Source: Mycolicibacterium smegmatis
GTDB lineage: Bacteria > Actinomycetota > Actinomycetes > Mycobacteriales > Mycobacteriaceae
Direction: 5' to 3'
Length of the DNA stretch: 32,000 nt
Assembly: GCF_001457595.1 (NCBI RefSeq)
Contig: NZ_LN831039.1
Span: 3,690,001 to 3,722,000, forward strand
The notes under the pieces are model-generated. The model was given only the letters and a program-made list of their open reading frames with translations. It searched no databases and had not been told where the DNA came from. Each line of letters starts with the position of its first letter. Positions within the stretch are counted from its first letter, which is position 1. A program made the translations under genes and the position numbers. Shown piece by piece: positions 1 to 8,221 of this stretch.

Positions 1-628
1 TCTTCTTGACCGCCTGCAGGCTGGTAACCGGTTTGGCGGCAAGGATTTCGGCGTGCCTGCGGGCCTCGGTGAGCAGATCGCCCGGTGTGCAGACCTTGAA
101 CACCAGGCCCATCTCCTTGGCCTCCGCGGCGCTGATCCACTCCGAGGACATCAGCAGCCAGGCCGCGTTCTGCCTGCCGATCAGGCGCGGCATGAGATAG
201 GACGACGCCGCCTCCGGCGCCACCCCCAGGCTGGTGAACGGGCATTTGAGCCGCGCGGTGTCGGCCATGAACACCAGGTCGGCGAAACCGAGGATCGTCG
301 CGCCGATCCCCACGCCCACGCCGTTGACCGCACACAGCAACGGCTTGGGGAAATCGGCGAGCGCCTCGATCATGCCGTAGAACCCGTGCTCCCCCGGTGT
401 GAAATCCGGGTTGGCGATCCGTGTCTGCATCTCGACCAGGTCGTTGCCCGACGAGAATGCCCGTCCGGCGCCGGTGAGCAGGACCACCGAGACCTCCGGA
501 TCCCCGCCCGCGGCCAGCAGGGCGTCGGTCACCTCGTCGTAGAGCGCTTCGTTGAACGCATTGAGCGCGTCGGGACGGTTGAGGGTGAGCGTGCGAACCC
601 GGTTGCTGTCGTCGATCTGCAGGTTCAA
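1..628 (-). CDS. enoyl-CoA hydratase/isomerase (crotonase) family protein; the 3' end runs off the left edge of the window
   Basis: Absent from the ORF track because it is open at the window edge. My minus-strand translation from TTG 628-626 (GAGGAGA Shine-Dalgarno at 633-639) reads LNLQIDDSNRVRTLTLNRPDALNAFNEALYDEVTDALLAAGGDPEVSVVLLTGAGRAFSSGNDL...LLCAVNGVGVGIGATILGFADLVFMAD...PEAASSYLMPRLIG, a typical crotonase-fold pattern. The listed + strand ORF 53..661 is its antisense shadow. Confidence 0.85.
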   Translation of the reverse strand, partial: MNLQIDDSNRVRTLTLNRPDALNAFNEALYDEVTDALLAAGGDPEVSVVLLTGAGRAFSSGNDLVEMQTRIANPDFTPGEHGFYGMIEALADFPKPLLCAVNGVGVGIGATILGFADLVFMADTARLKCPFTSLGVAPEAASSYLMPRLIGRQNAAWLLMSSEWISAAEAKEMGLVFKVCTPGDLLTEARRHAEILAAKPVTSLQAVKK

Positions 629-687
629 CGTTTCTCCTCGGGTGGGCTCGTCGACGGCTGAAGAATCGGTGCCTGTGAAGCAGCAGC

Positions 688-1431
688 CTAACTAGAACAC
701 GTTTCACTCGCGGCGGCGGGTGCGGAGAACGGCGAGCGCCAGACATAGCGACTCGTCGGCACCGTGTCGATGTTGCTGCTCGCGCCGAACGCGTCGGTGC
801 TCGCCACCATGGCCTGCATGCGCCGGGACAGGTCCTCGTCGTCGGCCGCGCCGAAGAACGCGTGCAGATCCGCCACGGCCTGCGGTGGGAACAACTCCTC
901 GACGATCCCGTCGATCGCCGGTGCGTCCGCGGTGAGCGCGCGCACCACGGTGTTCTGGACATAGCCGAACGTGGCCTGGGTTTCGATGGCCACCGGGGTG
1001 TGGTCGACGTGCCAGCGGTGCAGCCAGGTCGCGGCGTCGAGGTCGGGGGGCCTGCGCAGCAGCGCGATGTTGGCCAACGCGTCGGTACGGCGCCCCGGCG
1101 TCAGGCCCGCCCGGAGGTCCGGTGGCGGCAGCGGCTCCGATTCGGTCACCAGATACGCTGCGGCCGAGTCGCATTCGGCACCGAGGAGGTCAAGCGCGGC
1201 ACGCAGCTGTTCTCCGTGATACTGCTGCACCCATACGCTGGCGAGTGCCACGACCGGAGGATCGAGCGTCGTCAGGGTCATCAGCGAATCGCGCACCGGT
1301 GCGTCACGGATGTTGAGAACCAAGCCGGGAAGCCCGATTTCGAGCAGTTCGGCGCTGACGTCTTGGACCATCCGCGCACACCAGGCGTCGTCAGCGCGCG
1401 CGGACCGCATTGTCACGATGACCTTTTCCAC
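688..1431 (-). CDS. conserved hypothetical protein, possibly EthD-like (dimeric alpha/beta-barrel)
   Basis: 247-aa ORF with coding-like composition, unlike the Arg/Pro-rich alternatives in other frames. The segment LHRWHVDHTPVAIETQATFGYVQN resembles EthD-domain proteins. The product call is weak. Confidence 0.55.
   Translation of the reverse strand: MEKVIVTMRSARADDAWCARMVQDVSAELLEIGLPGLVLNIRDAPVRDSLMTLTTLDPPVVALASVWVQQYHGEQLRAALDLLGAECDSAAAYLVTESEPLPPPDLRAGLTPGRRTDALANIALLRRPPDLDAATWLHRWHVDHTPVAIETQATFGYVQNTVVRALTADAPAIDGIVEELFPPQAVADLHAFFGAADDEDLSRRMQAMVASTDAFGASSNIDTVPTSRYVWRSPFSAPAAASETCSS
693..706. promoter_or_regulatory. KstR-type operator candidate (TAGAACACGTTTCA, fits TnnAACnnGTTnnA)
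   Basis: Exact fit to the published KstR palindrome pattern. It lies about 65 nt upstream of the crotonase TTG start. The 14-mer AACTAGAACACGTT (691-704) is repeated identically at 4175-4188. Confidence 0.5.
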
Positions 1432-1467
1432 GCTGCGAACCTAGCCCACCGCGCCGCGTGAGCGCCG

Positions 1468-3522
1468 ATGCCCCACTTCCGGTCGCGCTCAGGCGAGAAT
1501 GGTCACGTGCAGACGGGCGGACCAGCAGCCGACGCTTTGCGGTTGAGCACGCCAGACCCCGGTGCGGTGGCGCGCAGCCTCGTCGGTGCCCTGGCGATGA
1601 CCGCGGCGGCCCTGGCGCTGGCATCCCCGCCCGCAGCGATGTGGACGCTGGGCGCCGGGGTGATCGCAGGTGCGGTCGCGCTGCAGCGCAGCCCCGGCGG
1701 TCGAGTACCGCTGGTGGTGACGGCGTCGCTGGAGATGGCCATCGTCGTGGCGCTCGCGGTACTGACCGGATCGCACGACGTCGTGTTCGTACTCGCGGTG
1801 GCCGCATGGTGTTTCGCGGCGGGCATGCAGTGGTCAGTCGGGGCGAACGCCGGGTTGATCGCCTCGGCGGCGAGTTCGTTGCTGGTGATCGCACCTCCCG
1901 ACGGGCACGCGACGGCGCCGACCGCTTTCGACGGGCTGCTGGCACCGTTGCTGGTCTTCGGTGCGGGCGTGCTGCAGGCCGTGCTGATCGCGACCCTGCC
2001 GCCGCACCGCTGGCGGGTGCAGCGAGAGGGCCTCACCCGCGCGTACCGTTCGCTGGCGACCGACGCGCGCAACGTGGCCGCCGACCGCTCGGCCGACGTG
2101 GACGACGCACCGCTGACCTGGCTGCGTGAGGTGTTCGCCGACAGGGAGGCCGCCCAGCGGTCGCGAGCCAACTACGGCGGGTACCAGGTCCCCGAGCGCA
2201 TCGCGGTGACACTCGCCGAGTTGCGCGCGGCGTACGCCGAGCCCGCATCGGACGCCCCGGGTGTGCCCCGGCTGCTGGCGGCCGCGGCCGCGCTGCTCGA
2301 CGCGATCGCCGACCAGGGACACACCGCGCGCCGCGACGCCGAGCATGCCCTCGTGCGGGTCGACAGCGCGGTGGCCGCGGTCGACGGCCCGGAAAAGGCG
2401 CTCGCGCAACGCCTCGGCGACCTATTGCGCGAGGCGGCCGTGCTGCGGTTCGGTCAGCTGCACCGACCCGACCTGATCGGCTCGCTGGCGTCGGCGCCTT
2501 CGGTCGTCCGGTCACACCTGAGGTGGACCTCACCGATCCTGCGGCACGCCGTGCGGCTTTCGGCGGCCACCGCACTCGCCGCGGTGGCCGCGCGGTTCGG
2601 CGGTGTCGAACACGGCCACTGGATCGCGCTGACCGTTCTGGTGGTGCTGCGGCCCGAGACCGCGCACACCTACACCCGGTGCGCGGGCCGCATCGCGACA
2701 CTGGCCGCGGGTGTCACGGTCGCCTCCGGGCTGACCCTGATGTGGCAGCCCGAGGCACTTCCCGCGGCGGCGTGCGCGCTGGCCCTCGTGGCGCTGGGCT
2801 ACTGGCTGTCGCGGTTCGGTTATCTCGCGGTCGGCGTACCGCTCGGGGCCGCGCTGATGTTCTTCCTCGGTGTCGGCGGCGCCGCCGAATGGTCGGGTCT
2901 CGCCGACCGTCTCGTCGAGATCCTGATCGGCGGCGGGCTGGCGGTGATGGCACATGTGGCGCTGCCCGACCACGGGCTCATCCGGTTACGGCAACGTGCC
3001 GGCGAGCTGCTGATGACCGAGATCGACTACGCGGCAATGGTGGTGCGCGCGTTCGTGCACGAGATCGACCATCCCGCCGAGGCGCTGTCGGCGGCATGGC
3101 AGCGCGCGTTTCGGGCCAGGGCCGCGTTCGAGGCGGCCTGGGGCGCCGCGCGGCTGGACTCGCCGACGCTGCGCCGGTGGCTGCGGTCCTACCGCACCGC
3201 GCTCAACTCGGTCACCAGTGCGTGTACGACGCTGGAGAACAATCTGCCGACGCATCCGTCGTCGGCGCTGCACCCCGATTTCGTGGCCGCCGTCGACGAC
3301 TACGTGACCGCGCTGCGCGGTGCGCCGCCGAGCCCGGCCGTGCCGTGGAGCCTCGACACCGGCGAACTGGCCGCGGCACTGCGGCGCGTGCAGGAGGTGG
3401 CGTCGACGCTGGCCGCGGACAACGGGGCCGCCCGCATCCTCGTCGGTGAGCTGTCGACCATCACGCGCAGCCTGATCGGCATCTCGATCGACCGGGTCAC
3501 CCCGGCCGGCGAGTCGTCGTGA
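1468..3522 (+). CDS. FUSC/ArAE-type (YccS-like) integral membrane protein
   Basis: 684-aa ORF with an N-terminal block of hydrophobic helices, an Ala/Arg-rich soluble middle, a second hydrophobic block (HWIALTVLVVLRPETAHTYTRCAGRIATLAAGV...) and a helical C-terminal domain. This architecture is typical of fusaric-acid-resistance/aromatic-acid-exporter family proteins. The start codon is uncertain. Confidence 0.7.
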   Translation: MPHFRSRSGENGHVQTGGPAADALRLSTPDPGAVARSLVGALAMTAAALALASPPAAMWTLGAGVIAGAVALQRSPGGRVPLVVTASLEMAIVVALAVLTGSHDVVFVLAVAAWCFAAGMQWSVGANAGLIASAASSLLVIAPPDGHATAPTAFDGLLAPLLVFGAGVLQAVLIATLPPHRWRVQREGLTRAYRSLATDARNVAADRSADVDDAPLTWLREVFADREAAQRSRANYGGYQVPERIAVTLAELRAAYAEPASDAPGVPRLLAAAAALLDAIADQGHTARRDAEHALVRVDSAVAAVDGPEKALAQRLGDLLREAAVLRFGQLHRPDLIGSLASAPSVVRSHLRWTSPILRHAVRLSAATALAAVAARFGGVEHGHWIALTVLVVLRPETAHTYTRCAGRIATLAAGVTVASGLTLMWQPEALPAAACALALVALGYWLSRFGYLAVGVPLGAALMFFLGVGGAAEWSGLADRLVEILIGGGLAVMAHVALPDHGLIRLRQRAGELLMTEIDYAAMVVRAFVHEIDHPAEALSAAWQRAFRARAAFEAAWGAARLDSPTLRRWLRSYRTALNSVTSACTTLENNLPTHPSSALHPDFVAAVDDYVTALRGAPPSPAVPWSLDTGELAAALRRVQEVASTLAADNGAARILVGELSTITRSLIGISIDRVTPAGESS

Positions 3523-3537
3523 TTTCCGGTGTGGGCG

Positions 3538-4167
3538 TCAGCCGCGCGCCCACTTCGGCGGGATGAACACGCCCTCGGCTTCGGCCGTGATGCCCGCGGC
3601 GTCGCGAACATGGCCGACGGCAAAGGTTTTGATGCCGTCGGTGCGGGTGATCCACCCCTCGGCCCGCAGGTCGCCGAGCGGCGTGGCGCGCAGGTAGCGG
3701 ATGGTCAGTGTCCCGGTGAACCGCGGCGTGAGCGGATCGTTGGCCGCCACCTCGCCGAGCACATGGTCGAGGACCATGGCCACGATGCCGCCGTGGACGT
3801 GGCCCGGCGGGCCTTCGTAGGCCGCACCGAGGTGGAAATCCGTGGACATCACGCCGTCGTCGTGACGGACCATCCGCAGGGGCGGCGCGATCGCGTTGCG
3901 GATCCCGATCGCCGGGTTGCCCCACGGCATGCGGTCACCGTCGGAGGTGATGCGCACGCCGAACGGGCCGTCGATCTGCCTGGCGCGCAGGAGTTCGGTC
4001 GCGGCCTCGATGTGCGCCTTGGCGGCTGCGACGTCGTCGGCGTCCACCTCCGAACGGATTGTCGCGTCGACGAGTTCGCGCACCGACTGCGCCAACGGTT
4101 CGTAGGTCGCCCGCAACCGTTGCACGTCCGCCGAACTGAGTCCTTCGACATGGGTGAAGCCCGCCAT
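3538..4167 (-). CDS. PaaI-family hotdog-fold thioesterase
   Basis: The ORF track gives 3538..4209. I prefer the ATG at 4167 (MAGFTHVEGLS...) because a KstR-like box sits at 4177-4190, inside the longer version. The motif GPPGHVHGGIVAMVLDHVLGE is typical of PaaI/4HBT thioesterases. Confidence 0.8.
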   Translation of the reverse strand: MAGFTHVEGLSSADVQRLRATYEPLAQSVRELVDATIRSEVDADDVAAAKAHIEAATELLRARQIDGPFGVRITSDGDRMPWGNPAIGIRNAIAPPLRMVRHDDGVMSTDFHLGAAYEGPPGHVHGGIVAMVLDHVLGEVAANDPLTPRFTGTLTIRYLRATPLGDLRAEGWITRTDGIKTFAVGHVRDAAGITAEAEGVFIPPKWARG

Positions 4168-4176
4168 GCAGAAAAC

Positions 4177-4190
4177 TAGAACACGTTCAC
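4177..4190. promoter_or_regulatory. KstR-type operator candidate (TAGAACACGTTCAC; 13/14 fit to TnnAACnnGTTnnA)
   Basis: Shares the identical 14-mer AACTAGAACACGTT with the site at 691-704. It lies 10 nt upstream of the thioesterase ATG, in the divergent region shared with the TetR gene. Confidence 0.45.
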
Positions 4191-4315
4191 TTCGACGGTG
4201 TCGAGTCACCCCCCTGCGCTGAGGGTCACGGCGGTCACACGCCGGTTACCACGTGTCTTAGATAACCTATGCAATCGTGGTCACCTGTCTACGAAGTCGT
4301 CTAGGCTCATGACCC

Positions 4316-4891
4316 GTGGCAGCACGCACGCACAGCGCCGACCCCCGGGCCGAACGGGTCCGCACCCGCCTGCACGAGGCGGCGTTCGCCCTCGCACACG
4401 AACGGCCGGTCGACGAGCTCACCGTGAGCGACATCGTCGGACGCGCGGGCGTCAGCCGGCAGGTGTTCTACCAGCACTTCGGCGACCGCGACGAGGCGGT
4501 CGCCGCGGCGTTCGCGACCGAGTTCACGCGCGCGATCGACGGTCTGCGCGGCGACCCGCGCGCCCGCATCGTCCGGTTGTTCGATTTCGCAGGCGAACAC
4601 CGCGCGATGTACCGCAACGTGGTGCCGAGTGCGGTCACCCAGCGTGTGGTCAACGCGTTCCGCGACGAACTCACCCCGGCCTGCGCCGAGATCGCCGAAC
4701 AGGGCATGACCGTGGTCGCGCCGATCGCCGGACTCTCACCCGAGGCCGTCACCCGCTTCCTCGTGGGCGGCTTCGTCGAGGTGCTGCGCAGCTGGATGGA
4801 AGACCCCGACGCGGGTGACGCCCGCGACCTGCGCGACCGGGTCGCCGCGGCGTTCGACACCGTCAACTCCCTTTTGACCCTGAACTTCTGA
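4316..4891 (+). CDS. TetR/AcrR family transcriptional regulator
   Basis: GTG start at 4316. N-terminal HTH LTVSDIVGRAGVSRQVFYQHFGDRDEA followed by a helical ligand-binding domain; 191 aa. Confidence 0.85.
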   Translation: MAARTHSADPRAERVRTRLHEAAFALAHERPVDELTVSDIVGRAGVSRQVFYQHFGDRDEAVAAAFATEFTRAIDGLRGDPRARIVRLFDFAGEHRAMYRNVVPSAVTQRVVNAFRDELTPACAEIAEQGMTVVAPIAGLSPEAVTRFLVGGFVEVLRSWMEDPDAGDARDLRDRVAAAFDTVNSLLTLNF

Positions 4892-4926
4892 CCCTCCCCC
4901 GCCATAGACCAGAAAGGTTGTGCGCA

Positions 4927-6060
4927 ATGGGCAGACACCATGCTCCCGAAGACCGCCGGGCCGCGACGACGCGCCCGGTGACCCGCATCCAGATCCGCCA
5001 CATCGCGATCGTGATGACCGCTCTGGCCATGGGCGTGCTCGCGATGATCGCGAGCTATTCCGGCGCGTTCGCCAAGCCCACACTGCACCACATGACCGTC
5101 GCCGTGGCCGCGCCCACACAGCTCGTCGACCAACTGCGCGAACAAGATTCGCTGTCGGTCACCGACGTCCCCGACGAGGCCGCGGCCCGTGCACAGGTGC
5201 TGCAGCGCGACGCCGACGCCGCACTGGTCGTGGCCGCCCCCGACCGCCTCGACATCTACGTGGCCGGCGGCGGCGGGCGCAGCGTCGCCACCGCCGCGGA
5301 GTCCGTCGGCCGCGCGGCCGCCGAGCAGGCCGGTCTGGTCCCGGCCGTCACCGACATCGCCCCCACGTCGCCAGGCAATCCGTCCGGCACCGTCGAGTTC
5401 TACGCGATCATCTTCATCTCGCTTGGCGCGTCGGTGGGCGCGGCGGCGTTCGGATACCTCGCGGGCCCGGTACGCCGGCCCATGACGCTGGCACTGCGCA
5501 CCGTGACCCTCGCGGCCTACTCGGCGCTGCTGGCGGGCCTGGTCACCGTCTACGTCGACCCGGTGCTCGATGCGCTCGTCGGCCACCCCTGGCAGGTGTT
5601 CGGTGTGCTGTGGCTCTACTGTTTGGCCGTCGGCGGTGCCGTCACGGGCGTGTCGGCCGCGTTCGGCCCGGTCGCATCACTGATGCTGACGGCTTTTCTG
5701 GTGATCGTGGGGAACGCCGCGGCGGCCGGACCGGTGGGCAGACCCCTCCTGTCGAGCTTCTACTCGACCTTCAACCTCATCGTGCCGCAGGGCTCCGGGG
5801 TGTCGCTGCTGCGCAGCGTCGAGTACTTCGACGGCAACGGCGCGGCACAGCCCCTCCTCACCCTGGCGGTGTGGGCCGCTGCGGGGTGCGTGCTGGCGGT
5901 GCTCGGCACCGCGGCCCGCTCGACCCGCGTGCGGAATTCGGCTCTGCGCGTTGCAAGACGATGCGCCCCCGGCCGTGGCCCGATCTATCGTGGACGACAT
6001 GACGGGAGCCGCTCCGAACGACCCCTACTACCGGCTGGGGTCCTATCACCGGCCGACTGA
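4927..6060 (+). CDS. integral membrane protein with ABC-2/YhgE-like permease topology
   Basis: ATG at 4927 lies 10 nt after AGAAAGG (4911-4917). One N-terminal TM helix (IAIVMTALAMGVLAMIA), an extracytoplasmic segment of about 130 aa, then five hydrophobic helices. Its 3' end overlaps the next gene by 62 nt or more. Confidence 0.65.
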   Translation: MGRHHAPEDRRAATTRPVTRIQIRHIAIVMTALAMGVLAMIASYSGAFAKPTLHHMTVAVAAPTQLVDQLREQDSLSVTDVPDEAAARAQVLQRDADAALVVAAPDRLDIYVAGGGGRSVATAAESVGRAAAEQAGLVPAVTDIAPTSPGNPSGTVEFYAIIFISLGASVGAAAFGYLAGPVRRPMTLALRTVTLAAYSALLAGLVTVYVDPVLDALVGHPWQVFGVLWLYCLAVGGAVTGVSAAFGPVASLMLTAFLVIVGNAAAAGPVGRPLLSSFYSTFNLIVPQGSGVSLLRSVEYFDGNGAAQPLLTLAVWAAAGCVLAVLGTAARSTRVRNSALRVARRCAPGRGPIYRGRHDGSRSERPLLPAGVLSPAD

Positions 6061-7684
6061 CACCCCGTCGGCCGAGGCCCAGGTGTGGTTCGACCGCGGC
6101 ATGGTGTGGGCCTACGCGTTCAACCACGGAGAAGCCGTCTACTGCTTCGAACGGGCCCTGGAGTACGACCCCGGTCTCGCGGCCGCGCACTGGGGTATCG
6201 CCTACTCCGTGGGACCCAACTACAACACGGCGTGGGATACCTTCGACCCGGTGGACCTCGCCGCATCTCTGGCACGCGCCAGAGCCGAACTTGCCGCCGC
6301 GGCGTCGGGTCGCGCCTCGGCCGTCGAGCGCGATCTGATCGCCGCGCTGCACAAGCGTTTTCCCACCGACGACCCCGAGGACACCGAGGCCCTGCTGGCC
6401 GGCCATCACGCGTACGCCGACGCCATGGCGGCGCTGGCCGGCACCTATCCCGACGACATCGACGTGCAGACCCTGGCCGCCGACGCGCTCGTCAACGTCA
6501 CGGCGTGGGCGCTGTGGGACGGCCGCACCGGTGAGCCCGCACCGGGATCCCGTGTGCTGGAGGCCAAATCGATCCTCGACCGGGCGCTCGCCACGCCCGC
6601 GGGCCGCGAGCATCCCGGTGTGCTGCACCTCTACATCCACACCATGGAGATGTCGACCACGCCGCAGGCCGCTCTGCCCGCCGCCGACAGGTTGCGCAAC
6701 CTCGTTCCCGACGCGGGACACCTGCGGCACATGCCCAGCCACATCGACGTGCTGTGCGGTGACTACCGCAGCTCGGTGGTGTCCAATCTGTCTGCGGTCG
6801 AAGCCGATCGACGTTTCGTCGAACATCGCGGGCCGCTGAACTTCTACTCGCTCTACCGCGCGCACGATCTGCATTTCGTGGTGTACTCGGCGATGTTCGA
6901 AGGGCAGTCGCAGATCGCGCTGAGCGCCGCCGACGAACTCGCCGCGCAACTCACCCCCGATCTGTTGTCGGTGCCCTCGCCGCCGATGGCCGACTGGCTG
7001 GAGGCGTTCGTCCCGCTGCGCATCCACGTCCTGGTGCGCTTCGGCCGGTGGGACGACCTGATCGCCGAACCGTTGCCGAGCGACCAGACGCTGTACTGCA
7101 CCACCACCGCCACCGTCCACTACGGCCGCGGCGTCGCCCACGCCGCCAAGGGCGACCTGTCGCGCGCCGACGCCGAACGCGACGCGTTCATCAAGGCCTA
7201 CGACCGGATCCCGGAGACGCGGTACCTGTTCAACAACACCAGCCGTGACATCCTGGCCATCGCGGGCGCCATGCTCGACGGCGAGATCGCTTACCGCCGA
7301 GGCGATCACGATGTGGCGTTCGAGCACCTGCGCCGGGCGATCGCCCTCGACGACAACCTGCCGTACGACGAACCGTGGGGCTGGATGCAACCCACCCGCC
7401 ACGCCTACGGCGCGCTGTTGCTCGAGCAGGGCCGCGTCGAGGAGGCCGCACAGGTCTACGCGGCCGATCTCGGCCTCGATCCCACACTGAACCGCTCGTG
7501 CCAGCACCCCAACAACGTCTGGAGCCTGCACGGCTATCACGAATGCCTGCGCAGGCTGGGCCGCGACGCCGAGGCCGCGATCATCGGCAAGCAACTCGAA
7601 CTGGCGCTGGCCCGCACCGACGTGCCGATCAACGCGTCGTGCGCGTGCCGGCTGGAGATCACCGATCCCTGCTGCGGCAACTGA
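5999..7684 (+). CDS. tetratricopeptide-repeat (TPR) protein with a Cys-rich C-terminal tail
   Basis: The track ORF starts at 5951; the ATG at 5999 (MTGAAPNDPYYRLGSYHRP...) seems more likely. Repeated Ala/Tyr/Leu helical-hairpin pattern (WFDRGMVWAYAFNHGEAVYCFERALEYDPG, AFEHLRRAIALDDN...). Ends in NASCACRLEITDPCCGN. Confidence 0.75.
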   Translation: MTGAAPNDPYYRLGSYHRPTDTPSAEAQVWFDRGMVWAYAFNHGEAVYCFERALEYDPGLAAAHWGIAYSVGPNYNTAWDTFDPVDLAASLARARAELAAAASGRASAVERDLIAALHKRFPTDDPEDTEALLAGHHAYADAMAALAGTYPDDIDVQTLAADALVNVTAWALWDGRTGEPAPGSRVLEAKSILDRALATPAGREHPGVLHLYIHTMEMSTTPQAALPAADRLRNLVPDAGHLRHMPSHIDVLCGDYRSSVVSNLSAVEADRRFVEHRGPLNFYSLYRAHDLHFVVYSAMFEGQSQIALSAADELAAQLTPDLLSVPSPPMADWLEAFVPLRIHVLVRFGRWDDLIAEPLPSDQTLYCTTTATVHYGRGVAHAAKGDLSRADAERDAFIKAYDRIPETRYLFNNTSRDILAIAGAMLDGEIAYRRGDHDVAFEHLRRAIALDDNLPYDEPWGWMQPTRHAYGALLLEQGRVEEAAQVYAADLGLDPTLNRSCQHPNNVWSLHGYHECLRRLGRDAEAAIIGKQLELALARTDVPINASCACRLEITDPCCGN

Positions 7685-7692
7685 GATCCCCC

Positions 7693-7729
7693 TACGCGCG
7701 CTCCCCCGGTCGGCAGGTCCGCGCGCGTA
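7693..7729 (+). terminator. stem-loop downstream of the TPR gene (TACGCGCGC-N19-GCGCGCGTA)
   Basis: Perfect 9-bp GC-rich inverted repeat 9 nt after the stop at 7684. No U-tract, which is common for mycobacterial terminators. Confidence 0.4.
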
Positions 7730-7739
7730 CACTCCGGCT

Positions 7740-8219
7740 GTGGCCATCAGTGACGCCGATCTGAAGTACCTGCGCAGATGTGTCGATCTCGCCCGCGAGG
7801 CTTTCGATGACGGCGACGAGCCGTTCGGATCCGTCCTCGTCGACCACACCGGCACGACACTGTTCGAGGACCGTAACCGGGTCAAGGACGGCGACGCCAC
7901 AGCGCATCCCGAGTTCGCGATCGCCCGCTGGGCCGCCGAACACCTGACCCCGGATCGCCGGGCCCGCGCGACGGTCTACACCTCCGGCGAGCACTGCCCG
8001 ATGTGCGCGGCCGCCCACGCCTGGGTGGGCCTCGGCCGCATCGTCTACGCGACGTCGTCGGCTCAGCTCGGTGACTGGCTCGCCGAGTGGGGCGCCCCGG
8101 AGGCGCCGGTGGCGGCACTGCCCATCAACACGGTGGCGCCCGGGGTCGTGGTCGAGGGCCCCGCCGAGGAACTGGCCGAGCCGATGCGCGAGCTCTACCG
8201 CGCGAAATTCGGGCGGTGA
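7740..8219 (+). CDS. CMP/dCMP-type (CDA fold) zinc deaminase, guanine/nucleoside deaminase-like
   Basis: GTG start. Zinc motifs ATAHPEF (H-x-E) and GEHCPMCAAA (PC-x-x-C); 159 aa. Confidence 0.85.
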   Translation: MAISDADLKYLRRCVDLAREAFDDGDEPFGSVLVDHTGTTLFEDRNRVKDGDATAHPEFAIARWAAEHLTPDRRARATVYTSGEHCPMCAAAHAWVGLGRIVYATSSAQLGDWLAEWGAPEAPVAALPINTVAPGVVVEGPAEELAEPMRELYRAKFGR

Positions 8220-8221
8220 CC

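Noticed and set aside
5858-7900. Very long ORFs antisense to or overlapping the called genes: 5858-7900 (-, 680 aa), 10115-12154 (-, 679 aa), 20289-21572 (+, 427 aa), 4468-5586 (-), 8195-9286 (-), 16903-17994 (-), 28691-29776 (-), 30786-31871 (-) and many shorter ones.
   Set aside because: Their translations are Arg/Gly/Pro/His/Asp-rich low-complexity strings with no recognisable motifs. The opposite-strand or other-frame ORFs carry clear family signatures. Stop-free shadow frames are expected at this GC content.
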